Source of the DNA: an uncultured Planctomycetaceae bacterium | Lineage (GTDB): Bacteria; Planctomycetota; Planctomycetia; Planctomycetales; Planctomycetaceae | Length of the DNA: 64,000 nt | Assembly (NCBI GenBank): GCA_963815195.1 | Contig: CAWFGE010000013.1 | Coordinates: 416,001-480,000, forward strand | Reading direction: 5' to 3' | Shown here: positions 11,601 through 24,218 of the stretch, one piece after another | Layout of the letters: every line of letters starts with the position of its first letter | How positions within the stretch are numbered: the stretch's first letter is position 1 | The notes under the pieces: generated by a model | The model's database searches: none | What the model saw: only the letters and a program-made list of their open reading frames with translations | Told to the model about the DNA's origin: nothing | Position numbers and translations under genes: made by a program

Positions 11601-12421
11601 GCGATGTGCACCGCGATCATGAGCACCTGCTTCCAAGGCAGCCTTCTTTCGGCGGCCTGGTCCATCAGGCTCGCGAGATTGTCGGCGTCCAACAATTCGC
11701 AGGCCGTCCAGCAGAACGCCCCGGTCTTGCCGGCCCCGTACACGCGGACGAGGTTCTCGTGCCGAATCCCCACCATGCTCTTGATCGCCCGCAAGAACCG
11801 CTGCACGTCTTCTTCGTTCTGCGTGAACTCCGGCCACAACACCTTGACCGCGATCGCGCGCTGATGCTTGGCGTCGAGCGCCCGAAACAGAATCCCGCTT
11901 TTCGAGCGGGCCAGGATGTCCTGGATTTCATAGCGGTGCAGCGTTTTGCCCACGAGCGATTCGAGCGAGTTGGAACTCACTGCCGGCTGAGGGACTGGCG
12001 TTTTCTCGCGCGGAACATCGGCGGTCTTCGCGGCCGACTTTTCCGTCCGCGGCTTCGGCGGCTTCTTCGCAGCGGGCTTTGACGCAGGGTTTTCCGCGGA
12101 AGGAGCCCATGTCGCCGACGCCGCGTCCGGGGAAACTTCAAACCGCAACTGCGTCTCGCTCAGCGCGATCACATCGTTGGGCTGAAGCGGATGGGTTTGC
12201 ACCTTGTTCCCGTTGACCTCCGTGCCCCAGGTGCTGTTGAGGTCTTCGAGCGTCGCCCGCCCGCCTTCGATCGAGATCCGGCAATGATGGCGGGAGATCC
12301 GGGCATCGTTGAGCCTTATGTCGCAATCCTCGCCTCGCCCCAACAAGAGCGTCGTTCCCGAAGCCAAATCAAACGCCGCGCCCATGTCCGGACCGACCGT
12401 GACCAACAACCGAAGCGCCAT
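8606..12421 (-). CDS. probable single fusion protein: FHA - Ser/Thr (pseudo)kinase - TM - trypsin-like serine protease - DUF4034 (two frameshifts near 10900 and 10690)
   Basis: FHA (LLGRGED, ISRHH, DLNSTWGT), kinase fold (IAVKV, HRNITPNNILI, KLGDLMLAK, LAPEQ, DIYSLG), a TM in the bridging frame (LLIGGGIGGAVVLLLAVWGV), trypsin triad (TNYHV, DIAVL, GNSGGP), and DUF4034-like WRARGSGFA...PRWGGS. Confidence 0.7.
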
Positions 12422-12628
12422 GATGGGATTCCTTGATGCGGACAATTCCCCGCAAACCTGCCGAACAAGAAGCGAACGTTCAAAGAATCCAGGGGGTTAT
12501 CGAGAGAATCGCCACGAGTTGCGTAGAAGCCAGTACACTCGATTATACGATTCCCGGCGCCGGATGCACCCATAAAGTCCGAAAAACGGTGCGGCACTCC
12601 ACGGCCGCTGTTCTTTAGAAGCCGCGAC

Positions 12629-12657
12629 AAAAAAGGCAGCACCCCGCGAGCGCTGCC
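12629..12657 (-). terminator. intrinsic terminator after the chaperone operon
   Basis: ggcagc...gctgcc stem followed by T6 on the minus strand, downstream of the zinc-ribbon gene. Confidence 0.6.
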
Positions 12658-12716
12658 CCGATTCGTTTCCAGAGAAACATCCTTGCTTTCATTGGACCAC
12701 TCCGTGAAGCGAATTG

Positions 12717-13013
12717 TTATTCCGAAGACGGCTTTTTCGAGTCGGACTTGGTTTCCGACTTCTTTTCGCTCGAGCCGCTGCTTGAATCCTGGGCCTTTTT
12801 ATCCGCCTCGGCGGCTTTTTTGTAGGAGTCGCTGCGGTAGTCGGTTTGATAGAAGCCCGAACCTTTGAAGATGATCCCCGCGCCTGCGCCGATCACGCGC
12901 TCGGCCTTCGGCTTGCCGCAGGCGGGGCATTTTTTGACCGGGTCGGCTTTGATCGACTGGAACAATTCCCATTCGTGTTCGCAGCTTTTGCAGCGGTAGT
13001 CGTAAGTCGGCAT
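12717..13013 (-). CDS. FmdB-family zinc ribbon protein
   Basis: MPTYDYRCKSC...CPACG...FKGSGFYQTDY with a Ser/Lys-rich tail. Confidence 0.9.
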   Translation of the reverse strand: MPTYDYRCKSCEHEWELFQSIKADPVKKCPACGKPKAERVIGAGAGIIFKGSGFYQTDYRSDSYKKAAEADKKAQDSSSGSSEKKSETKSDSKKPSSE

Positions 13014-13092
13014 GAGTGGTCCTCTGACGGAATGATGAAAGTGGAAATGGCAAGGCGACCGAACGGCGGTGGGAGAAAGGAAAAGACCGTCC

Positions 13093-13656
13093 TCAATCGC
13101 TGGGAGTGCTTTCAGTTTTGCCTTGGTTGGGCGGGGGGCCGCTGGAAACGATGACTTTGCTCGGCCGGACCACGCGATCGTGGAGCGTGTAGCCTTTTTC
13201 CAATTCTTGAACGACCGTCATCGGGGGATGATCGGCCGAGGGCACTTGTTGCAAAGCTTCGTGCAGGTTGGGGTCGAAGGGCGCCCCAACGGATTCGATC
13301 GCCTCGACCGAATGCCGATCGAGGATGTCCTCGAACTGCTTCGCGACCATGCTCACGCCTTGGAGCAGGTCTTCGATGTTCTTGGAGGTCTCGGCCGCCG
13401 CGATCGCCCGCCGGAGGTTGTCCAAGCCCGGCAAGAGTTCCCGGGCCAAAGGCAGCGCCTGGTACTTGCGCAGCTCCTCGGCCTCGCGCTGGACGCGCTT
13501 GCGGTAGTTGTCCAGCTCGGCTTCGGTCCGCAGCCATTTGTTCCGCAGCTCGTCGCGCTCGGCTTCCAATTGTTCCATCAAGGAAGCGTTGGCGGGTTCC
13601 GCTTGCGGCGAACCTTCGGCTTTGGGCTTCTTGTTTTGGTTTTCCGGTTCCGGCAT
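13093..13656 (-). CDS. grpE: nucleotide exchange factor GrpE
   Basis: AELDNYRKR, LLPGLDNL, FDPNLHEA, GYTLHDRVVRP. Confidence 0.97.
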   Translation of the reverse strand: MPEPENQNKKPKAEGSPQAEPANASLMEQLEAERDELRNKWLRTEAELDNYRKRVQREAEELRKYQALPLARELLPGLDNLRRAIAAAETSKNIEDLLQGVSMVAKQFEDILDRHSVEAIESVGAPFDPNLHEALQQVPSADHPPMTVVQELEKGYTLHDRVVRPSKVIVSSGPPPNQGKTESTPSD

Positions 13657-13699
13657 GTCGTCAGACTTTTTGTTGGCGTTCGGTTCGGGGGGACTCAAC

Positions 13700-13766
13700 T
13701 GAGCGGAATGGCGCTAGCCACCGGTGGTGGAAGAAGAAAAACCGGCGGCTAGCGCCCTGCCGCTCA
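13700..13766. repeat. REP-like inverted pair, family B (GCGCTAGCC core)
   Basis: tgagcggaatggcgctagccaccggt ... accggcggctagcgccctgccgctca. Related copies lie at 44195, 58161, 59225 and 63046. Confidence 0.8.
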
Positions 13767-13799
13767 GAATAAAATGGACACGCATTTCTCGAACGATCG

Positions 13800-14936
13800 T
13801 TAGTTTTCCGGTTCCTCATCGCCCCTGAAATACTCTTTCAACTTCTCCAAGAAGGATTTGCGATGCGGGGTGACGTCGGCGTGTTTTAGCTCGGCGAGTT
13901 GGCGGAGGAGGTCTTCTTCTTCCTCGCTGACTTTCTTGGGGACTTCGAGTTGGACTTGCACGAACAGATCGCCCCGCGCTCCGCCGCGGACGTCGGGCAT
14001 GCCGAAGCCGCGGAGCCGGATGATCTCGCCCGGTTGCGTGCCGGCGGGGATCGTCAGTTGATGCCGGCCGGTGAGGACGGGGATTTCCAATTCCGTGCCG
14101 AGGACCGCCTGCGGATAGGTCACCGGCACCCGGCAGGTGAGGTGGCGATCTTCGCGCTGAAACAGCGAATGCTCCTTGACGCGGACATCGATCAGCAGAT
14201 CGCCCCGCCGGCCGCCCGCGACCCCGGCTTCGCCTTCGCCGCGGAGGCTGATGCGGTTGCCGGTGTCCACGCCGGCGGGAATCTTCACGTTGATTTTGAC
14301 GGCTTCCGGCACGCGGCCGGTGCCTCGGCAGTCGTCGCATTTGTCGCGGACGATGGTTCCCAGCCCATGGCAGCGCGGGCATTCGACCGCCATCGCAAAG
14401 CCGAAAAACCCGCCGCCGCGCTGCATCACCTGCCCTTGCCCGCCGCAGTAATCGCAGGACTCGGCCGACGTGCCGGGCTTTGCGCGGTTGCCGCCACAGG
14501 TCCCGCAGACTTCCTGCCGCTCGAACTCCAACTCGCGTTCGCAGCCGTTGGCGGCTTCCAACAGATCGATCTCGACGATGGCCCTCAAGTCGTTCCCCCG
14601 CTGGGCGCCGCCCTGGGACCGCCGGGTCTGCACCCCGAAGAGTTGGCTGAAGATATCCATCGCATCGTGGAAGCCCGCAAAGCCCGCCCCGGCTCCGCCC
14701 AGGTTCCCATCGACGCCCGCGTGCCCGTAGCGGTCGTACCGCGAACGCCGGTCGGGGTCCGAGAGGATTTCATAAGCCTCGGCCACTTCCTTAAACCGCA
14801 CCGCCGCGGTGTCGTCGCCGGGGTTCCGGTCGGGATGAAACTGCACGGCCAGTTTCTTGTAGGACTTCTTAATCTCGTCGTGCGATGCCTCGCGCGTGAC
14901 TTCGAGAACTTCGTAATAGCATCGCTTGGATGACAT
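13800..14936 (-). CDS. dnaJ: chaperone DnaJ
   Basis: J-domain with HPD, G/F region, four CxxCxGxG repeats, and the C-terminal domain. Confidence 0.98.
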   Translation of the reverse strand: MSSKRCYYEVLEVTREASHDEIKKSYKKLAVQFHPDRNPGDDTAAVRFKEVAEAYEILSDPDRRSRYDRYGHAGVDGNLGGAGAGFAGFHDAMDIFSQLFGVQTRRSQGGAQRGNDLRAIVEIDLLEAANGCERELEFERQEVCGTCGGNRAKPGTSAESCDYCGGQGQVMQRGGGFFGFAMAVECPRCHGLGTIVRDKCDDCRGTGRVPEAVKINVKIPAGVDTGNRISLRGEGEAGVAGGRRGDLLIDVRVKEHSLFQREDRHLTCRVPVTYPQAVLGTELEIPVLTGRHQLTIPAGTQPGEIIRLRGFGMPDVRGGARGDLFVQVQLEVPKKVSEEEEDLLRQLAELKHADVTPHRKSFLEKLKEYFRGDEEPEN

Positions 14937-15125
14937 GGACACCATCGTTAATTAGTCGCTCTAAAAACGTCGGCAGGACGGAAGCCTCCGCCGAAAATCA
15001 CTTTGGGAACTCTGGAGAATCCTATGCAAAACAACAGTTTGAGGAAACCACAGTTTTTTGCTTGCTGCAAATGTCCCAAGTCGACGCCTTGGCGTCGGTC
15101 CGGCGGCTTGGGTTTCTGAACTCTG

Positions 15126-15173
15126 AAGAAAAGAAACCCCGGGGCCGAAGGGGATTCGACGGTCCGGGGTTTC
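15126..15173 (-). terminator. intrinsic terminator downstream of groL
   Basis: gaaaccccgg/ccggggtttc stem followed by a T-rich tract on the minus strand. Confidence 0.65.
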
Positions 15174-15197
15174 CTCGTTTGAACCAAGAACCGCCTG

Positions 15198-16814
15198 TTA
15201 GCGGACGGCTCCTTCGACTTTGGCCTTTTCGCCGCCTTCCAAGTCGTCGGTGCGGGTGACGAGGACCTGGGTCGTCAGCATCAAGCCGGCAATGGAGGCC
15301 GCATTCTGCAGGGCGTTTTTCACGACTTTGGCGGGGTCGATGATCCCGGCTTCCAGCATGTCCACGTATTCGCCGGTGTTGGCGTCGAAGCCTTTGTTGC
15401 CTTTGAGTTGCTTCACTTCGTCGGCGATCACCGAACCGTCCTGGCCGCAGTTTTGGGCGATCTGGCGAATCGGGGCTTCCAGCGCCTTCACCAGAATGTG
15501 CTGGCCGATTTTCTCGTCGCCTTTGACCTTCGCGGCTTCGGCGGCTTCGATGCACCGCAAAAGCGCCACGCCCCCGCCGGGGAGAATGCCTTCTTCGACG
15601 GCCGCGCGGGTCGCGTGCAGGGCATCTTCCATGCGGGCTTTGGTTTGCTTCATCTCGGCTTCGGTGGAGGCGCCCACAGAAATAATCGCCACGCCGCCGG
15701 TCATTTTTGCGAGCCGTTCTTGGAACTTCTCGCGGTCATATTCGCTGTCGGTGGCTTTGATGTGGTTGCGGATCTGCTCGACGCGGGCTTTGATCTTGTC
15801 TTGATCGCCGGCCCCTTCGATGATCGTGCAGCTATCCTTCGTGACTTCGACCTTGCGGGCCTGGCCGAGGTGCGCGAGTTCGACGTTTTCGAGCTTGATG
15901 CCCAAGTCTTCCGAGAGCATCGTCCCGCCGGTCTGCACCGCGATGTCGCCGAGCATGGCTTTGCGGCGGTCGCCAAAGCCGGGGGCTTTGACGGCACACA
16001 CGTTGAGCACGCCGCGGAGCTTATTCACCACGAGGGCGGTGAGCGCTTCGCCTTCCACGTCCTCGGAGATGATCATGAGCGGCCGGCCCGACTGGGCGAC
16101 TTTTTCCAGGACCGGAATCAAATCCCGTAGCGAGGAGACTTTCTTTTCATAGATCAAGATGTAGCAGTCTTCGAGCACGGCCGACATGGTCTCGGCGTCG
16201 GTGACGAAGTAAGGCGACAGAAAGCCTTTGTCGAACTGCAAACCGTCGGCGAGTTCGAGCGTGGTTTCGTTGCCTTTGCCTTCTTCGACCGTGATCACGC
16301 CGTCGCGGCCGACTTTTTCCATCGCCTCGGCAATCAAGTCGCCGATCTTGCGGTCGTTGTTGGCGGAGATCGCGCCGACCTGGGCGATTTGCTCTTTGGA
16401 ATTGACGGGCTTGGCCATCTCCGCGAGGGTTTCGAGGGCCGCATCGACGGATTTTTCGATGCCCCGCCGGACGACCATCGGATTGGCTCCCAAGGTCAGG
16501 CTGCGCAGGCCTTCGTCATAGATGGCCCGGGCGAGCACGGTGGCGGTGGTGGTGCCGTCGCCCGCCACGTCGCTGGTTTTCTGGGCGACTTCGTTGACGA
16601 GCTTGGCCCCCATGTGCTCGTAGGGGTCTTCGAGCTCGACTTCTTTGCTGACGGTCACGCCGTCTTTGGTGACGACGGGGTTGCCGAAACTTTTATCGAT
16701 GATCACGTTGCGACCGGTGGGTCCCATCGTCACGGCGACGGCGTCGGCGAGAATATCCACGCCGCGCTTCAGCTTGAGACGGGCTCGGTCTTCAAACAAG
16801 AGTTGCTTTGCCAC
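15198..16814 (-). CDS. groL: chaperonin GroEL (copy without GGM tail)
   Basis: Intact 538-aa ORF with [28 protein letters not shown]. Confidence 0.98.
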   Translation of the reverse strand: MAKQLLFEDRARLKLKRGVDILADAVAVTMGPTGRNVIIDKSFGNPVVTKDGVTVSKEVELEDPYEHMGAKLVNEVAQKTSDVAGDGTTTATVLARAIYDEGLRSLTLGANPMVVRRGIEKSVDAALETLAEMAKPVNSKEQIAQVGAISANNDRKIGDLIAEAMEKVGRDGVITVEEGKGNETTLELADGLQFDKGFLSPYFVTDAETMSAVLEDCYILIYEKKVSSLRDLIPVLEKVAQSGRPLMIISEDVEGEALTALVVNKLRGVLNVCAVKAPGFGDRRKAMLGDIAVQTGGTMLSEDLGIKLENVELAHLGQARKVEVTKDSCTIIEGAGDQDKIKARVEQIRNHIKATDSEYDREKFQERLAKMTGGVAIISVGASTEAEMKQTKARMEDALHATRAAVEEGILPGGGVALLRCIEAAEAAKVKGDEKIGQHILVKALEAPIRQIAQNCGQDGSVIADEVKQLKGNKGFDANTGEYVDMLEAGIIDPAKVVKNALQNAASIAGLMLTTQVLVTRTDDLEGGEKAKVEGAVR

Positions 16815-16943
16815 GCTCTATCACTCCAGAAAAACTTCAGTCAGAAGTAGGGTCCGCTGTGCGGACCACAGAATATTTCGACGGGTGAAACCAGAATGTT
16901 TCTACCGTTGGGTGAAACCAGCCAGCTTACGCTGGCCGCTCGC

Positions 16944-17234
16944 CTAGCTGACGATTTTTGCCAGGATGTCGCTTTCGCGGAGGATTTTGACTTCCACGCC
17001 TTCGACTTCGATGTCGTTGCCGCCGTATTTGCCGAACAGGACTTCATCGCCGACCGTAACCGAGACCGGGCAGCGTTCGCCGGAATCCAAGAGCCGGCCG
17101 GGGCCGACGGCTTTGACGATGCCGCGCTGGGGCTTTTCCTTCGCGGCATCGGGGAGGACGATTCCGCCGGCCGTGGTTTCTTCGGCCGAGAGTGGTTCAA
17201 CAACAACGCGATCATCGAGAGGGTTCAACGCCAT
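16944..17234 (-). CDS. groS: co-chaperonin GroES
   Basis: [29 protein letters not shown]. Confidence 0.98.
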   Translation of the reverse strand: MALNPLDDRVVVEPLSAEETTAGGIVLPDAAKEKPQRGIVKAVGPGRLLDSGERCPVSVTVGDEVLFGKYGGNDIEVEGVEVKILRESDILAKIVS

Positions 17235-17251
17235 GTGTGAGACTCCATTGT

Positions 17252-17312
17252 GTAGGGTGGGCACCGCCCACCGTGAGATATGATTGGATTTGGTGGGCAG
17301 TGCCCACCCTAC
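17252..17312. repeat. GTAG-type REP pair
   Basis: gtagggtgggcaccgcccacc ... ggtgggcagtgcccaccctac. A related half, gtagggtccgctgtgcggacc, lies at about 16847. Confidence 0.8.
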
Positions 17313-17367
17313 TAAGTACGCTCAAAAATCATGGGGTTGACACCCCACGCTCGCCCGGGGAAACGGA

Positions 17368-19059
<1,692 letters not shown>

Positions 19060-19179
19060 TCAACCAAAATTGATTGGGCAATTAAGTTTGAGCCAGGAAT
19101 GGGGCGGTGCCGGCTTGTGAAAGGCGAACCCTCTCCCTGACCTCGGTTTGACAATACAACGCGATCCGCCGCATGTGTT

Positions 19180-19195
19180 AGCAAGGTTCGTGCCA
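19180..19195 (-). promoter_or_regulatory. sigma54 (-24/-12) promoter of the groL-groS-groL-dnaJ-grpE operon
   Basis: Minus strand TGGCACGAACCTTGCT matches the TGGCACG-N4-TTGCW consensus, about 130 bp upstream of groL. Confidence 0.75.
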
Positions 19196-19492
19196 ACCGC
19201 GGGTTTTTCAACATAAATCATGTGCCTGAAGTGGTTTATGTCAATAGGCCCCAAGCGGCGCGCAAAAGGCGACTGCCAAGTTGACAGTCTGAGGGTGCAA
19301 TCCGCGAGTTTCCAGCCGCTCGTTCGCAGATTTGGCAGCCGGCGTTTCTGGGGCGGGAATCCGGCCGAGTGACGAAAAACCACCAGAATTGGGGAATTTT
19401 TGAACCCGAAATCGCGTCTCCCTTGTAGAGCATCTCAGCACGTCACGGGGCGGATCGGATCATTTCTTGGGTTCTCACCGGAAGGAAACATC

Positions 19493-21172
19493 ATGCGCTC
19501 TTGGCTCTTCTACGGCAGTCTGGCTGCATTGGCTTTGATCCTCAGCGGTTGCGGCGGATCCCAATCCAAAGTCGAAACGGCCACGGAAGCGACGGCTCCT
19601 CCCCGTTCGTCAGATATGCCTGCATCGCAAACAGCCGCGGCCCCCGCGCCGAAGGCATACCGGCACCATCGCTCAACTTCGGAGGCAGACTTTGCCGGCG
19701 GAGAGGAAAGTGCCGAGCCGCCCCGAAGCCTGCCCCCCGCGGAAGTAGCCTCGGCTCCGAGTTTGGACTTTGCCAAATCCGAAGCCCCGAAGCCCGCCGA
19801 TGTAGATGAACTTCGGAAAGAGACCGAAAGGGCCGAGGAAATCACACGGGAGAAGAAAAAGCGGCAAATGCGCGCCGGCACGCTCACCGCGGGGAGCTTG
19901 AACGATCAAGAGAACGTCGACGACTTCCGCGATTTTCTCTCCACGGTGCAGCAATCGCCGCTCGGCCAGAAACTTCCTCCCATCAACCTCGGCCAGCGGG
20001 TGATGATCGAAGTCCAGGACGCCGACGGCCAAGGCATCAATAACGCCCAGGTGACCGTCACCTCGACCGGGCAGAATGCGAATGCGAAAAACGAAGGCGT
20101 GCTCTTGGACACTTGGACGCGGGCCGACGGCCGGACCTATTTTGCTTCCGGTTTGGATGGGGCGGGAGAAGGCCAGGCGTTTGAGCTCACCGTCCGGCCG
20201 TCCAACGGGAAGCCCATCGTCCAACAGGTTTCGCTCGCGCAAACGCCTTGGATCCTCCAGGTTCCGGATTCGAAGCGGGAACTCCCCGACCGGCTCGATT
20301 TGGCCCTGGTCGTCGATACCACTGGCAGCATGGGCGATGAACTCAATTTCCTCAAGGTGGAGATCGACCACATTGCCGCCACGATTCACCGCATGTATCC
20401 CAACGTCGATCAGCGGTATTCCCTGATCGTCTACCGCGATGAGCAGGATGATTACGTCCGCCGGGTGTTCGACTTCACCGGCTCGCTCGAGGGGTTCCAG
20501 AAAGACCTGGCGTCCCAATCCGCCCACGGCGGCGGCGATTATCCGGAAGCCATGCACGTGGCGCTCGAAGCCGCGACCAAACTCGGCTGGCGGCGGGAAA
20601 ACACGGCCCGCGTGGTGTTCCTCGTCGCAGACGCCCCGCCGCATTCTCAGCACCTGGAGCGGACGATAGGGTCCGTCCGGGAACTTCGGCAAAAAGGCGT
20701 GGCGGTGTATCCCTTAGCGGGCAGCGGCGCGGAGCAGGACTGCGAATTTGTGATGCGGACGACCGCGTTTCTCACCCGCGGGCAGTATCTGTTTTTGACG
20801 GACCACTCGGGCGTCGGCAATCCGCACGCGAAACCCACCGCTGCGAAGTACGAAGTCGAACCACTCGATCAGCTGATGATCCGCATGATCGCTTCGGAAC
20901 TCGCCGGCAAACCCGTGCTGGCCAAGGAAGTCATCGCCACCGAAGAAAGCGACGGCAGCGAACCCGAGCCGATTCCCCAAGAGCAAAACGATTCCGCCAC
21001 CGATTCCGATTCCGCCGCGGCTTATTCGGAAACGCTTCCCGTTGTTGTGACTTGTCCGGGCTCGATTCAAAGCCCGGCGGTGGCGATCTGGGACACTGCT
21101 TGGTTCCGGATTGTGGCCGCGCTTGTGTTGATCGCCGGGATTTTCCTGTTGGACAGCCGGTTGCGAACCTGA
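19493..21172 (+). CDS. VWA-domain lipoprotein with C-terminal TM helix
   Basis: Lipobox LSGC, MIDAS DTTGSMG, GGGDYPE, ADAPPH, YLFLTDHSG, and a C-terminal hydrophobic helix followed by RLRT. Confidence 0.85.
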   Translation: MRSWLFYGSLAALALILSGCGGSQSKVETATEATAPPRSSDMPASQTAAAPAPKAYRHHRSTSEADFAGGEESAEPPRSLPPAEVASAPSLDFAKSEAPKPADVDELRKETERAEEITREKKKRQMRAGTLTAGSLNDQENVDDFRDFLSTVQQSPLGQKLPPINLGQRVMIEVQDADGQGINNAQVTVTSTGQNANAKNEGVLLDTWTRADGRTYFASGLDGAGEGQAFELTVRPSNGKPIVQQVSLAQTPWILQVPDSKRELPDRLDLALVVDTTGSMGDELNFLKVEIDHIAATIHRMYPNVDQRYSLIVYRDEQDDYVRRVFDFTGSLEGFQKDLASQSAHGGGDYPEAMHVALEAATKLGWRRENTARVVFLVADAPPHSQHLERTIGSVRELRQKGVAVYPLAGSGAEQDCEFVMRTTAFLTRGQYLFLTDHSGVGNPHAKPTAAKYEVEPLDQLMIRMIASELAGKPVLAKEVIATEESDGSEPEPIPQEQNDSATDSDSAAAYSETLPVVVTCPGSIQSPAVAIWDTAWFRIVAALVLIAGIFLLDSRLRT

Positions 21173-21220
21173 CGAACAAGGCGATCGCTCATCGGCGTTC
21201 CCCGTCAAGATCGGCATCAG

Positions 21221-21784
21221 TCACAATCGGATCGGAGACAGACTCGTTTCCTGGAAATGCTGCGACCATTGGTAGCGGGAATTGTAGCAATGGCCGCCAA
21301 TGGACCGTGCGCAGCAGTTGGGATCCGGTTGCCGGACGTAGTACGAAGGTCCGTATGTCGTATACGAATCGAAGATATACGGCCGCCTGTAATCCATCCG
21401 GTGCGAAGTGGACGGGCGGGCAAACAGATTCCCATAACCGCGCGGCTTGAAAGGATCGGCCAGGCTGCAGCGTTCCCGCTTGGTCAATCCCCAGGCCTTC
21501 GGGAGAAACCACAGCCCGAAGAATCGATTGGGAAGATCGTAGTTGGGGTAGCCGTGGGTGGGCGCAAATTCCGGCCCCGGATAGGGATATTGGCGAATCT
21601 CGTCCATCCCGGTGGGCTTCGACCGGGGGCCGGGGGGCATCGGAAGCACGTACCCCTCGGGGAGGTTCGACGACATCGCCTGGTAGGAATTATCGACTGG
21701 CGGTTGCGCTGCGAGGTGGGGAGTGGTGGCGGCCAACAATAACAATCCGCCGATTCCGATAATCGCTCTACGTCCGTGGGACAC
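21221..21784 (-). CDS. secreted Pro/Tyr-rich hypothetical protein
   Basis: Signal peptide (IGIGGLLLLAATTPHLAAQ) followed by a Pro/Tyr-rich mature region. Confidence 0.55.
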   Translation of the reverse strand: MSHGRRAIIGIGGLLLLAATTPHLAAQPPVDNSYQAMSSNLPEGYVLPMPPGPRSKPTGMDEIRQYPYPGPEFAPTHGYPNYDLPNRFFGLWFLPKAWGLTKRERCSLADPFKPRGYGNLFARPSTSHRMDYRRPYIFDSYTTYGPSYYVRQPDPNCCARSIGGHCYNSRYQWSQHFQETSLSPIRL

Positions 21785-21973
21785 GACATGACCTCCCTGT
21801 GGCTGAACGGTTCCGCAGAATCCTCTCGCCGCCTCCTTGGGACGAAACAGACCCTTTCCTCCAATCTATCGAACGAGGCCCCGGGCAGATGTTGGCCAAA
21901 CCCGCATCTCCTTCCAAAACGAAGGCGATGGAAAAGGCATACGCCGCATAACCGGCACAACCCGACCGTTTCA

Positions 21974-24047
21974 TCAGGGCCGTGCAGACAGCGCCGCTTT
22001 GCGGACGGAGAAATGATCGTCCCCGGAAAACACCAGCCAAAGGGTCTCGCCGCCCGCATCCATCCAGCGGGTGGGGAAGCTCGACGTTTCTCCGGATCCC
22101 ACGTCCCAATCCTCGGTAGAAAACACCGTCGTCCAAGGCCCCCAGGGCGCGGGGGCATCGTAGATTCCCAGACCGCCCTGAAACCGCGTGTCCTCCCCAG
22201 GCCCGGTCTGGCACCACAAATACCGCTTCGTGGGCGCGTGATAACTCACCCCCGAGCGATAGCACGCCCCGGCATGCGAAAACGCCGCCCCACGGTGTTC
22301 AATTTCTTTCGTCCACCGTGGCTCGTTATTCTCCAACGATTCAAAAAACTCGTACCGCTCGCGATTGCGGATTTGATGTTTCGGAACGCGGGCGAGCACC
22401 ATGCGGTCGGCCCGCTTGTAGGCGCTGTCGGAATCCTGCGAATAGATGTAGACAAACTCATCCCGGGCCCCGGCATAGTTCTTGCCGAACTGCAAAAAAG
22501 TCGGGCAACTGAAACTCGTCGTGAATTTCCAATCGCACCACTCCCAGGTCTTGCCCTGGTCGGCGGACCAGGCCAACTGGGAATTGCCGGCGTTCCGCGC
22601 CCACAAATACAAGATGCCCTCCACCATCAGGATCCCGCTGGCTTTCTTGCCCTTGGCCCCATCGCCGATTTGCTCGATTGTGGGAGACCGCAGATTCTCG
22701 CCTTCAAATGTTCGGCGGCATGCCGCTCACCACCGCGAGGCCCAGGCTGAGCTTTCGATCGACAAACGGCTCGAACCCCCGGCCGTCGCCGTAAGCCGTG
22801 TAAAGCCGATCGTCATCGCCCCAGGTCGTCGGCCAATTGTCCGAGCCGCGGGCTTTGCGAACGATCGTTTCCGCCGGGGCCCATTCGATCGTTTGAAACA
22901 CCGGACTCGGCGGATACGGGGCTTCGGATGTTTTCTTCGCGGCGGTTTTTGTTGACTTCGGTTCTGCCGATGCGGATTGTTTGTCTTTTACGGAAGCCGC
23001 GATCGGTTTCAGAAAGCCTTCGAGCACCGCATAATGCTCTTTGGAAGTCCGCTTCCAGGATTTTCCCGCGCGGGCGGCGACCACATCCAAGCTGGGAATC
23101 ACCACGATCAAGCTGTCGTAAAGCCCCCAGGACCAATAGGCATCGCGAGGCAAACCGGCGATCGTGCCGTCGGCGTTGTTCCACCACAACAGCCCGTAAT
23201 GATCGGAGGCGTTGCCGTATTGCTCGGGAGCGACTTCGGGCAGCCCCTGGACTTCCTTCACCGTCGTCCCGGCCTGTTTGACGAAATCTGAGGGCAGAAT
23301 GTGTTTATCCCGCCATTGGCCGTTCCGCAGATACAGGTAACCGATGCGGGCCATTGCGTTCACATTGGCATGCACGCCGGAGCCGAACTCCCGCCGGGCG
23401 ATGCCTTCGATTTTGTGCGGGCGGTATTGGTTGTTCCGCCAGGTGAGGTCTTGATGAGTTATCCCCAAGGGCGTAAACACCCGCTCGAACATCATCTCCT
23501 CCACATCCCGGCGGTAGGCGAGCGCGACGCATTCCGCGAGCCAGTTTGGGCCGCCGTCGCTGTAGGCCCATTTGCTGCCGGGCGGAAACAGCAGCTTTTC
23601 GTAACCGCCGGGTTTCGCAAACCCCGCCGTCTGCGTGGCGAGATGTTTGAGTGTGATGTCCCCGAGCCAGCCCGTCTTGGCGTTCGTTTCCGGGGGCGTG
23701 CCAAACTGCGGATGCCGATCCGCGGCTTTGTCCGTCAGTTTGAGTTTCCCATCCCCGATCGCCACGCCGAGCGCGGTCGCCCCGATGGACTTCGTCGAGG
23801 ATTTTAGATCATACCGCTGGCCCACATCGCCCCAGGACATCACCAGATAACCGTGCCGGGTCACAAACCCCGACCCGCCGCCGGTGAGGGCGTAGTCCCT
23901 GGCTTTTTGCAAAAGCGAAGCGTCCATGCCCACGTCCGCCGGCGTCTTCTTGACCCACTCCTTCCCCGGATAAACCGCCTCATCCGCCGCCCGGCTTATT
24001 TCTCCAACCCCCAACAAGAAAACCAGGACCAACAGGTTTCGAACCAT
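21974..24047 (-). CDS. secreted serine hydrolase (beta-lactamase/AmpC-like) fused to a DUF4185-like domain (frameshift near 22720)
   Basis: Signal peptide, SxxK (KSSTKS), WAYSDGG, ARIGYLYL, YGLLWW. Then SDNWPTTWGDD and, in the next frame, FLQFGKNYAG...DAPAPWGPW. Confidence 0.7.
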
Positions 24048-24218
24048 CACACTTCTCCTTCCAATTGCGCGTATGCCACGAAATTCCGAGCCCTTTGTGT
24101 GTTCGTGGCGACTTGTACGATACCACAACCCGGCCCGGGGATCGCTGCATCGGCCTTTGGAATTTGGTATGCTCGCGAAGTCGAACGGTTTTTGCTCCCT
24201 GGTCTCTGAGTGTGCTCC

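Noticed and set aside
15141..15165. tmRNA 5' end-like string ggggccgaaggggattcgacgg
   Set aside because: It lies within a terminator hairpin 25 bp from the groL stop, with no room for the rest of tmRNA and no matching 3' T-arm/CCA.
22704..24047. beta-lactam resistance locus linked to the BlaI/BlaR1-like pair
   Set aside because: The serine hydrolase is more than 3.5 kb beyond the end of that operon, behind oppositely oriented genes, and the M56 protein lacks a penicillin-binding sensor domain.
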